NCBI GenBank assembly: GCA_051294905.1
Contig: CM119372.1
Span: forward strand, 13,456,001 to 13,520,000
Reading direction: 5' to 3'
DNA from: Botryllus schlosseri
Taxonomy: Eukaryota
DNA length: 64,000 bases
Part shown: positions 25,770 through 37,141 of the stretch, one piece after another
How the letters are laid out: each line of letters starts with the position of its first letter
How positions within the stretch are numbered: position 1 is the stretch's first letter
Position numbers and translations under genes: made by a program
Notes under the pieces: generated by a model
The model's input: the letters and a program-made list of their open reading frames with translations, nothing else
Told to the model about the DNA's origin: nothing
The model's database searches: none

Positions 25770-27885
25770 TTACTTTTAAAAGATCAAAACGCATGGTTTT
25801 TCGTCAAATACGACTTTTCGTCCAATTCGATTTTCGGTCAGTTTCAATCGACAATTAGGACACCTAAAATATAATGGCGTGCCCTCTGCTTTGATTATGT
25901 TATATATCTAGATAAGTATTACATCATAGTATTATCGATAATATCAAAAAGTTGAGAAATTGTGTACTTTTTGAGGATCAAAATGCATGATTTTGCGTCA
26001 AATACGACTTTTCGTCAAATTCGATTTTCCGTCAGTCTCAATCGATAATTAGGACACCAAAAATATAACGGCGTGCTTTCTGCTTTGGATATGTTATATA
26101 TCTAGATAAGTATTACATCATAGTATTATCGATAATATCAAAAAGTTGAGAAATTGTGTACTTTTTGAGGATGAAAATGCATGATTTTGCGTCAAATACG
26201 ACTTTTCGTCAAATTCGATTTTCGGTCATTTTCAATCGACAATTAGGACACCTAAAATATAACGGCGTGCCCTCTGCTTCGGATATGTTATATATCTGGA
26301 TAAGTATTACATCATGGCATTAACGATAATATCAAAATGTTGAGAAATTGCGTACTTTTTGAGGATCAAAATGTACGATTTTCCGTCAAATACGACTTTT
26401 CGTCAAATTCGATTTTCGGTCATTTTCAATCGACAATTAGGACACCTAAAATATAACGGCCTGCCCTCTGCTTTGGATATGTTATTTATTGGGATAAGTA
26501 TTACATCATAGTATTAACGATAATATCAAAAAGTTGAGAAATTGTGTACTTTTTGAGGATCAAAATGCATGATTTTGCGTCAAATACGACTTTTCGTCAA
26601 ATTCAATTTTTGGTCAGTCTCAATCGATAATTAGGACACCAAAAATATAACGGCGTGCCCTCTGCTTTGGATATGTTATATATTTGGATAAGTATTACAT
26701 CATGATATTAATGATAATATCAAAAAGTTGAGAAATTGTGTACTTTTTGAGGATCAAAATGCATGATTTTGCGTCAAATACGACTTTCCGTTCAATTCGA
26801 CTTTTGGTCATTTTCAATCGACAATTAGGACACCTAAAATATAGCGGCGTGCCCTCTGCTTCGGATATGTCATATATCTGGATAGGTATTACATCATGAT
26901 ATTAACGATAATATCGAAAAGTTGAGAAATTGCGTACTTTTTGAGGATCAAAATGTACGATTTTGCGTCAAATACGACTTTTCGTCCAATTCGATTTTCG
27001 GTCAGTTTCAATCGACAATTAGGACACCTAAAATGTAACGGCGTGCCATCTGTTTCGGATATGTTATTTATTGGGATAAGTATTACATCATAGTATTAAC
27101 GATAATATCAAAAAGTTGAGAAATTGTGTACTTTTTGAGGATCAGAATGCATAATTTTGTGTCAAATACGACTTTTCGTCAAATTCGATTTTAGGTCAGT
27201 CTCAATCGATAATTAGGACACCAAAAATATAACGGCGTGCCCTCTGCTTTGGATATGTTATATATTTGGATAAGTATTACATCATGATATTAATGATGAT
27301 ATCAAAAAGTTGAGAAATTGCGTACTTTTTGAGGATCAAAATGCACGATTTTGCGCCAAATACGACTTTTCGTTCAATTCGACTTTTGGTCATTTTCAAT
27401 CGACAATTAGGACACCTAAAATATAGCGGCGTGCCCTCTGCTTCGGATATGTCATATATCTGGATAGGTATTACATCATGATATTAACGATAATATCGAA
27501 AAGTTGAGAAATTGCGTACTTTTTGAGGATCAAAATGTACAATTTTGCGTCAAATACGACTTTTCGTCCAATTCGATTTTCGGTCAGTTTCAATCGACAA
27601 TTAGGACACCTAAAATGTAACGGCGTGCCATCTGTTTCGGATATGTTATTTATTGGGATAAGTATTACATCATAGTATTCACGATAATATCAAAAAGTTG
27701 AGAAATTGTGTACTTTTTGAGGATCAAAATGCATAATTTTGTGTCAAATACGACTTTTCGTCAAATTCGATTCTCGGTCAGTTTCAATCGACAATTAGGA
27801 CACCAAAAATGTAACGGCGTGCCCTCTGCTTCGGATATGTTATACATTTGGATAAGTATTACATCATGGTATTAACGATAATATC
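25770..27885 (+). repeat. Left-arm tandem array, 11 x 194 bp
   Basis: AATTAGGACACC recurs at 25853, 26047, 26241, 26435, 26629, 26823, 27017, 27211, 27405, 27599, 27793 (194-bp period). Confidence 0.95.
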
Positions 27886-28139
27886 TGTTATAACATCATG
27901 ATATAACAATTTCTGTTTTACAATGCTATGTCCTGTCCTGCTTTGTCATCTTCGTCCCAGATTTCTGCCAGCAACTCCCCTCGAATCAATGAGTTTCAAA
28001 CGGATTAATATGCAAATTGAAAATGTAATTTCGAAACGTGTATTTTGTAAAGAATACTCGATGTAGATATAGGATTGTAGAAATGGACGTATTTAGAGGA
28101 AAAACGAAATATTCGAATTCATGCGGCATATCATTCCAA

Positions 28140-29195
28140 TTAATCCAATGAAAACCCAAAGTCTTTCGATATTGAATTGTAGTCCTGATTTTTTAGTGCC
28201 ATTGCGAAAAATATCATTCCTTCAAAATGCAGCACTTCGTTTACATATTCTCGGAAATTTCGTTTTTTGTCTTTAAAACTATGAAACAAAGCGTTCCCAA
28301 ACACCTCAGGATTCGGATAAACGACTAAACTGTCTTTCGAGCTGTATAGGGACAATTCCCCGCTCATGTGCTTGAAATATTTAATGGTTCTAGTTCTAAG
28401 GCAAAATTTCGATTTAATGAATTCCAATAAATTTTCCAGATGCGTTTCCGTAGTTTCGCTCTCGGCATATTTCAGAGTCGAATTGAATTTTTTCAGGGAT
28501 TTTAGTTGTCCTTTCACGAACAGAGAATGTCGATACCATTCTGCTTTCGCATTTCCATTTCTCATTGACGAGGTGGTAAGTTTTTTTAAATTGTTTAACA
28601 TAGAATTCAACTGCATGACAGACGTTCCTGTCCATGTCATATTGTTGAGATTGTTTCCATACCGTGGAACATACGGCACATCTTTCTTTTTCTCCACAAT
28701 TGTGCATGTGCCCAAATTAGGCGGTATGCGGCGACGAGGAATTTGCTTCGATCTTGCGTCCTTGATCGTCTCACCAGTTTTTACGTACATCAGGATTGTA
28801 GCATTTTGTTGCGTGTCAATTATTAGCCGATCAGTATTTACCACACGTAATGCGTCGTCGTCGAATACTGTGCAGAATCCATCATGATTTCCGGTATATG
28901 CGAGATAGTGGCCCGATGCACACGACGTACCATGATGGATTACTTTCCCTTTTAGTATATAATGGGATTTCAATCCATCTACTTCGAGATCCATTGAATC
29001 GGGTATCTGGACTGAGGTGATGTTTTTGCCCTCTGGAGTTCCGCGACTGACATTTATCACCAGCATGTTGGGAAGGGTTCCGAATACGACATGTTCGTCT
29101 ACATCAGCGTGGCATTGTAGGCATTTGCTGTTAGTATTAACACATTGACGAGGAAAATTTGTGATCAGGTCAGAAATATCACTGTTCTCTTCAAA
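28140..29195 (-). pseudogene. Frameshift-separated C-terminal half of a USP (peptidase C19) domain plus an unknown C-terminal domain
   Basis: CLQC Zn ribbon, TLPNMLVINVSR, YILKGKVIHHGTSCASGHY (His box), FDDD, NATILMY; no Cys box (GLxNxGNxC) found; +1 frame relative to transposase exon 2. Confidence 0.78.
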
Positions 29196-32100
29196 TTTGT
29201 GGCAAATCCAATGTAAATGGTACCAAATTGCGTTCCGAAGAGATCGGAGGGGATGATGGAGCTTGATCCGTCAGATCTATCGTTTCGGGGCAATTCAAAG
29301 CAACAGCTTTTGTTGTACGCTGATTGGCGTATTTGATTGTGGTCTTGATGATGTTAATCCGATCGCTCGAATAGCATCCTTTACCGCGTGACTTCTTTCG
29401 TTTAAACTTTGACTGTACTGTTTTCGAAGTCTTTGATACGGACTGATCACTTAATTTGTATAATAATGTTGCCAAATATCCATTTCGATAAAGTGCGTCG
29501 AAGAATTTTTTTTCTTGAATCAAAATTGAACGTTTATATTTGACAACGAAACTATCCAAACGGTTTGCTCTTTCTTTCCCCAGTATAACATTTTTTAGCC
29601 AATCAAAGCTTTGCTCGACGCATCCCTGAGTTCTATTGTCAATTGTGATATTGCGGTACCTGGACTTGGCTATCCGTCGGTAATTGTTCGAAAATCCGTT
29701 GTACATTTCGGTTTGCTTAGCCGTTGAGAAATTGTTACAATGCCGGCTTAGATCTCCAATCATTAATTCCGAAGTCGTTGGGATTTTACTTAAAATAAAT
29801 TTTACAACGATGTCGCAAAAAATGCCATCGTTGTATACATTCAACTGGCGTGACGATCCGGCAAGTTCTGATGAATGAGCTATGTAGTCCTGCGATTCTC
29901 GGAATGCTTCTGTCATAGTCCCATACCTGTGACGAAATGGTGATCGGAGCTCATGATACTCATCTTGCTTTTTAGATTCAATCAAAATAGTCTCGCTAGA
30001 GTCTGAGTGTGCGAAGTCTCTCGGGAACGAATCTATTCCGTCTACATTGCTTCCATCTTCTTTCATTATATGGTCGAAATGATCATCAACAAAAGTTGAC
30101 GTATACCTGTAAAATATGAATATATATTCGAAGATACCATCACTGAATGACACATCATTTACGCACCATATATGTAGGAATATGGGGGCACATATATGTG
30201 AAGGCTTGTGTTCGTGGAAAGGACTATATTGTTTATTTTTTTGTCCTTGATGTTTTTGCAGCATATACACCGACTCATGATACACATACACACGATCTGC
30301 GCCTATGTATACCATGAGTGCATGAATGTGTGAACTTAAACTTTTGCAGAAATGGTGCTGTGTGATCAGAGTGAACTTACGACGCCACGCGGCATCACAT
30401 CACTAAGGTGGGTACGGGTAGAAGGATTTAGGTTTGTGATTGATCCTGTGAGGGATCCAACACGATGCAAGAGTAGACAATACTATAGTTTCGAGAAAAT
30501 CTTCACATTTCTGAATTTTGTTTCTTTTCGCAAGGACTAACTTTTAAATTAGCAACGTTCGCATATGCCGAACACGGATGTGAACTTGAGGCTGGCATCA
30601 TTACTATATATATTTATATAGTCCGTCTATACAAGGAAAGTTATGACTATTAGTACCATTTATATACGCAGTTATACGCAGTTGATAAATATAGTGGATC
30701 AGTCATAAACTCTGAACTTGATTGATATTGAAATCTTACTTGCAATTTGTAACGATGATGAAACTTTTTACAATCGAGTCCAATTCTTCAATGGTTTTCG
30801 CTCGAAACATTTTGGAAATCCAACACATGGCATGTGTTTTGAGGCGCTTTTTATAATGTTTGACGATCATGACTTTTGCAGCTTTCATGGCATGTGCCAA
30901 GCAATTCTGAATAAATGGCAGTTTAAGGTCATTCGCATTTGGCATTCCAGATACTACGCGATAGCAGCGGACGTAATATTGCAGTCTTGTTTCGTTGCAA
31001 AACGATCTTAAAATTGCATTCCACATTGCAGGCGATCCATCGATAATAATCCTTAGCGGAGCTGATTGAGCTCCGGTCAGGCGAAATCGTTCAGATAGAA
31101 AAAAATTCAGGAACTGTGAGATAGATATAGAGTCGTGACTTTTTGTAATGCAGGAAGCGATAGGAAGAGAAACTTCTCCTTTGATAGGATTCCGCACCAA
31201 CAACGTATAAATTTGGAAGTCTTCGCCTCTTTTCAGGCTCCCACTGGCGTCGCAATAAATCATGTCTATCTTACATAAGGTATTAAACGCTTTGATCCCG
31301 AAAATTGTAAATATAATGATTTGCGGGGGAGATGTTTGAATGGATCTAATAAATCTTGTGGAATCCGCCTCTTCATCCTTCATTTTCTCCAAGTTGACGT
31401 ACCATTCGCGTTTGACATCAATTAAAGTCTGTTCGCACTTGAGTTTTCGAAGTACGTTGGAACTTGGCACGTCTGTATGGGAGCCGAGGATCCTCTGCTC
31501 AGCGGTCAGAGTATCGTACAACTCGTTGTGGAGCGATGCCGGCTTTCGGTGCTCCAGTTTACTTCTGATCATTTTCCGCTCGCTTCCGCGAACTGGACGT
31601 GATCGTACGCATTCTCCTGTGTGACAACGAGTTCCGTCGATAATAATTCTCCCTTCAACATCTGGACAATTTTGACGCTGCATAAAGGTTACACGATACG
31701 TAACGTAACATGTTTTGTGCGAGCAATACAGATTTGCATTACCGACTTCATAACAGTCACTCCCTCTTTCGGTGACGACATGTCGCAAATAATGATTGAG
31801 AAAGGCCGGAACGCATTCGTCGTACAAAGATTTTATAGGGTCCAGAATAACATTCCTGTACTCGTCCTTATCGAATCTGTTATTATCAACACCGACGATG
31901 TATTTCCATTTACTTCCCTCAATATTAAAGTGACCTTCGATTTCAATTGTTTTAGATGTAATAAGGTCGAGTTTACTGCTGGTCATTAATGAGCCAAGTC
32001 CGGTTTCCCCTTCGTTATCCGACGGTTCATCAGAGAAAGATTTGTGGATCTGCGCAATGCCATCATTACACGATGGAATCTCTTGTACATCATGAATGCT

Positions 32101-32925
32101 ATCGGTTTGAGTCCCTTTTGTCAATAGCTCCACCGATGAGGTACAGGTACCGGCATCTTGAAGAATCTTTGATTGCATATTTCCATCAACACGGTGGAAT
32201 ATTCCTGATCCTGATTTGGTATGTACGGCTACAGTGGCGTGTTGGCACAGTAATGGTACTTTTTCCCACTTTCCCTTTACAAATTTACGCAGATCAGTGC
32301 CTTTGAAAATACAGATATCATGAAACCACGACTCACACGTGTCACATTGAACTAGCTCCTCCCCGCGCCACTCTTTGCGACACACACAGTACCTCTGACC
32401 AGCAAAATTTGTCAACCCATCAACTTGTTTGGAGTTGTGTTTTTCAACAATACAGCGGACATTGACGTCATCACTGGTTGCCACATCATCTGTTTCGAAA
32501 CGAGACATTCCTTTGAGAGCATTCTTTATCTCCACGTCTTGAAGTTTACAGAAACTACGCAGAAGTGTTTTCCGCTGCGTCGTGCTTTTCCCTTTACAAT
32601 AACTGCAGCTATCCAGAAAATCATTTTGGAGTTTATCAGTTCTTAGTGATTCTACTCCATTACGATGCAGAAAATTAGCTATAGTCTTCACTAGATATTT
32701 CTTCTTGGTACTTAGCTGCTTGATACTTGACTGCTTGGTAGTTGACTGCTTGGTACTTGGCTGATGGGTACTTGACTGCTTGGTAGTTGACTGCTTGGTA
32801 GTTGACTGCTTGGTAGTTGACTGCTTGGTAATTGACTGCTTGGTAGTTGACTGCTTGGTACTTGGCTGATGGGTACTTGACTGATGGGTACTTGAATGCT
32901 TGGTACGGGTAGAAGCCCGACCCAT
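29191..32925 (-). CDS. Two-exon PHD-finger / Zn-finger / MULE (NOF-like) DDE transposase, ~1033 aa
   Basis: Exon 1 32925-30740 and exon 2 30106-29191 joined by a GTAAG..TTTTACAG intron (30739-30107) in frame (NCK-YTST). PHD YCVCRKEW..VQCDTCESWFHDIC (32240-32392); CSHKTC..CH Zn finger; D in YCDASG (31249-31251); D in IIIDGS (31039-31041); CLAH (CxxH); E in TQGCVEQSFDWLK (29614-29616). Confidence 0.85.
32705..32905 (-). repeat. Coding 15-bp tandem repeat (STTKQ/SSTHQ)n in the transposase N-terminus
   Basis: GTTGACTGCTTGGTA and variants, ~13 copies, in frame. Confidence 0.9.
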
Positions 32926-33429
32926 GACCCTGGATAGAACAACGCTTGCAACATACAATTCTTAACACTGCACCGTATTGGTTTTGCCAAGTGACAACAC
33001 TTCTTCTTCATGTAGTTCACAAGTTCAAATGACATGACGAGCTGGTTCATCAACTAACGTAATTGTGGCGCGGGGGCCCTTAATAATCTTCGTGTCTACG
33101 CCGCAAAATACCAATTATTGATCGTGAATTCAATTGACAGCCATTATAGTCGTTAGCTACCGAGGTTGACTCAAGAATTCCTACCTTAGTGTTGGATGTT
33201 TATCAAGGCCCCTCCTCGCTATCTCATCAGTGTAATCGGTCATATTCGGACCGTGCTACAAGTCGGCAGCTACGGATTAAAATGAACAAATGGCCTTGTG
33301 TAAATGACCATAGTAGTTGACAAATACCATGAACACCCCAAGTAAACAAAGACAAACCATATTGAAGATCAACCTATTACCAACGCCAAAAAGGCCTAAT
33401 ATCTCGAAGCTTTGCGTTTCATTTCGAGC

Positions 33430-35280
33430 GTCCTAATTGTCGATTGAAACTGACCGAAAATCGAATTGGACGAAAAGTGGTATTTGACGCAAAATCGGGC
33501 ATTTTGATCTTAAAAAAGTACGCAATTTCTCAACTTTTTGCTATTGTCAATAATATCATGATGTAATACTTATCCGAATATATAACATATCCGAAGCAGA
33601 GGGCACGCCGTTACATTTTGGGTGTTCTAATTGTCGATTGAAACTGACCAAAAATCGAATTGGACGAAAATTCGTATTTGACGCAAAATCATGCACTTTA
33701 ATCTTAAAAAAGTACGCAATTTCTCAACTTTTTGATATTACCGTTAATATCACGATGTAATACTTATCTAGATATATGACATATCCGAAGCAGAGGGCAC
33801 GCCGTTATATTTTAGGTGTCCTAATTGTCGATTGAAAATGACCAAAAGTCGAATTGAACGAAAAGTCGTATTTGGCGCAAAATCGTGCATTTTGATCCTC
33901 AAAAAGTACGCAATTTCTCAACTTTTTGATATTATCATTAATATCATGATGTAATACTTATCCAAATATATAACATATCCAAAGCAGAGGGCACGCCGTT
34001 ATATTTTGGGTGTCCTAATTGTTGATTGAAACTGATCGAAAATCGAATTGGACGAGAGTTCGTATTTGACGCAAAATTGTGCATTTTGATCTTGAAAAAG
34101 TACGCAATTTCTCAATTTTTTGATATTATCGTTAATATCATGATTTGATACTTATCCAAATATATAACATATCCGAAGAAGAGGGCACGCCGTTACATTT
34201 TTGGTGTCCTAATTGTCGATTGAGACTGACCGAAAATCGAATTTGACGAAAAGTCGTATTTGACACAAAATTATGCATTTTGATCCTCAAAAAGTACACA
34301 GTTTCTCAACTTTTTGATATTATCGTTAATACTATGATGTAATACTTATCCCAATAAATAACATATCCGAAACAGATGGCACGCCGTTACATTTTAGGTG
34401 TCCTAATTGTCGATTGAAACTGACCGAAAATCGAATTTGACGAAAAGTCGTATTTGACGCAAAATCGTACATTTTGATCCTCAAAAAGTACGCAATTTCT
34501 CAACTTTTCGATATTATCGTTAATATCATGATTTAATACCTATCCAGATATATAACATATCCGAAGAAGAGGGCACGCCGTTACATTTTTGGTGTCCTAA
34601 TTGTCGATTAAAACTGACCGAGAATCGAATTTGACGAAAAGTCGTATTTGACACAAAATTATGCATTTTGATCCTCAAAAAGTACACAATTTCTCAACTT
34701 TTTGATATTATCGTTAATACTATGATGTAATACTTATCCCAATAAATAACATATCCGAAACAGATGGCACGCCGTTACATTTTAGGTGTCCTAATTGTCG
34801 ATTGAAACTGACCGAAAATCGAATTTGACGAAAAGTCGTATTTGACGCAAAATCGTACATTTTGATCCTCAAAAAGTACGCAATTTCTCAACTTTTCGAT
34901 ATTATCGTTAATATCATGATGTAATACCTATCCAGATATATGACATATCCGAAGCAGAGGGCACGCCATTACATTTTGGGTGTCCTAATTGTTGATTGAA
35001 ACTGACCGAAAATCGAATTGAACGAGAATTCGTATTTGACGCAAAATTGTGCATTTTGATCTTGAAAAAGTACGCAATATCTCAACTTTTTGATATTATC
35101 GTTAATATCATGATGTAATACTTATCCAAATATATAATATATCCGAAGCAGAGGGCACGCCGTTACATTTGAGGTGTTATATTTGTCGATTGAAACTTAC
35201 CAAAATTGGAATTGACCGAAAGTCGAATTTGACGAAAAGTCGTATTTGACGCAAAATCGTGCGTTTTGATCTTCAAAAAG
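33430..35280 (-). repeat. Right-arm tandem array, ~10 x 194 bp, inverted relative to the left
   Basis: TCCTAATT-type motif at 33431, 33625, 33819, 34013, 34207, 34401, 34595, 34789, 34983, ~35177. Confidence 0.95.
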
Positions 35281-36482
35281 TAGGCTACGTAAAACCACGA
35301 TGAAATAGTTTTGCGAATATATCAAATGTCCGAAGCAGAAGCAACGCTATTGCATTTGTTTTGTTTTTATTGTTTATTGAATAACTTATAAATTGCTGCC
35401 TTACAGTCGACCTAAACCAAAAACGAACATGACGTTGATCGCAATAATCGTAATCATTTATATTCTGATGTGCTCAAGACACATAGTGTGCAATGCGTTA
35501 AACGTTATTATTTTTTTTTCTGCTCGATATCACGTATAATCATTTGTGGAGTTTGTTTCCGGGCCTCTCGCCGCCACAAGAGATAGTCACACATGGGGGA
35601 AGGAACACAAATTAACCTCTGATGCTTCGGCTACAGGCGAGAATCCAAGTAGGTCCGCCTGCGTAGATTACGTAACGGCTGAAAATTTAGATGCCATAAG
35701 TATTACCTGGCGGTTGTTAAATGAAGCACTCCTTCCAAGTTTCGATGACATATTGTATTGATCATACCGTTTGTGCCATTTATTGATGAAACTCATGTGT
35801 TTCAGTTAGTTTGCACTCCAAATCTGTCGCGAAATTGTTTTTCCGGTTATAATATTTGAATTTAGCACAAGTGAATCATTGCGACACCAATAACTCAGCG
35901 ATTTCAGAAATATGACGTAAGCATTTTCTGGCAGAATCACAGTGGTAAGAAATGACATGCTCTTAATTTTACCTTAGTACGGTAGTATTATTATTATCGT
36001 CATATTATGTGCAGTGCAGCGAGGGAATGTTGAGTATTTCGCGGTGTTGTGTCTTGTATGAGATGCTTCGGTTCCAGGCTATGGCTGCTGAAGTAGAGAT
36101 TCTATCCTTAATAGTTAAGGCAGAAGATTAGTAAGTTTGTAAACCGTGCCCCACTGGACCACTTTTGTTTGCAACAGCAATCCTCATGCTGTCATGCACT
36201 CTGTCTTTGCCAAAATTTGTACAGTCTCGCCGTGACTCTTGGTTATTGAAAAATTGTTTTCATTGTTATGCACTTCAATAAAAAGGTGTGGACGTTCGAA
36301 CCACTAGGCGCTGATTTGAAAATGGTAAAATTAATAATAATGATGCTGATGTGATAGTGATCAAAATATGTTTTTTGATGTTCATTTAGTTCCGTGTAAC
36401 ATCTTCAGTGCAAGTGTCTGTCTGACTGACAATTTACTTGAATACTTTTCACATTACGGTTATCATTTTGCAGATTTCAATC

Positions 36483-37037
36483 ATGTTCAGGCCTTCGGTT
36501 GCAAGAATTGTATGCCGTCAGAATGCACTGACATGTGCCAAACGCTTGATGCGATCGTCTGCTTCAAACAACACAACGGCTGATGCTGCACAGGTTTCAG
36601 AAACCCCCATGCCACCACTGGAAACTGCCGAACAAGTTTATGCCCCGAAAATTGTCAAAATAGTAGATGAAATTTCTCATTTAACTGTCCTGGAGGTATC
36701 AGAACTTAATAAACTACTAAAAAAGACATTGAACATCAGCGACACTCCGATGATGACGGGTATCGCAGCACCAACAGGCGACTCTACAACAGAGGACGAC
36801 GCTCCCGTTGTCAAAGAGCAAACCGAATTCACGGTGCGATTGAACAGCTTTGCTGCGGATTCTAAAATAAAGGTAATCAAAGCTGTCAAGAGCCTTATGC
36901 CTGATATGAACCTTGTGAAAGCCAAGAGCTTTGTCGAAAGTTTACCTCAAGTCGTCAAAAAGGACGTGCCGAAGGAGGAAGCGGATGAAGCGCTAAAGAT
37001 ATTGCAAGAAGCTGGAGCTACTGTAGTCATAGATTGA
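36483..37037 (+). CDS. MRPL12: Mitochondrial ribosomal protein L12 (bL12m), single coding exon, 184 aa
   Basis: Arg-rich presequence MFRPSVARIVCRQ; KIVKIVDEISHLTVLEVSELNKLLKKTLNI; KEQTEFTVRL..KIKVIKAVK..NLVKAKSFVESLPQVVKKDV..EAGATVVID. Confidence 0.93.
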   Translation: MFRPSVARIVCRQNALTCAKRLMRSSASNNTTADAAQVSETPMPPLETAEQVYAPKIVKIVDEISHLTVLEVSELNKLLKKTLNISDTPMMTGIAAPTGDSTTEDDAPVVKEQTEFTVRLNSFAADSKIKVIKAVKSLMPDMNLVKAKSFVESLPQVVKKDVPKEEADEALKILQEAGATVVID

Positions 37038-37141
37038 TCAGTTTGATATATAACATGCGAGTGGATATGGTCAGGCGTCATTCTAAGATTTATGATGCTA
37101 AATGAGAATGCTATTGTTTTCTGACCTGTTGACTGGTCAAT

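Larger units (their letters stand above)
24996..35946 (-). mobile_element. Giant foldback Mutator-superfamily (FB-NOF-like) DNA transposon, 10,951 bp
   Basis: TIR ACCACTGTGATTCTGCCAGAAAATGCTTACGTCATATTTC at both ends; 8-bp TSD AAGAAATG (24988-24995, 35947-35954); ~0.7-0.8-kb unique inverted arms plus inverted 194-bp arrays; internal MULE DDE transposase gene. Confidence 0.93.

Noticed and set aside
25770..27885. Regularly spaced repeats as a CRISPR array
   Set aside because: Whole 194-bp units repeat with no unique spacers, there are no cas genes, and the context is eukaryotic.
29191..29200. Programmed -1 ribosomal frameshift at AAATTTG
   Set aside because: The heptamer is not in the X XXY YYZ phase and the required shift is +1; mutation is more parsimonious.
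30107..30315. N-terminal part of the 374-aa ORF (MVYIGADR...) as an independent gene start
   Set aside because: It lies in the intron; the TTTTACAG acceptor at 30107 joins exon 1 in frame.
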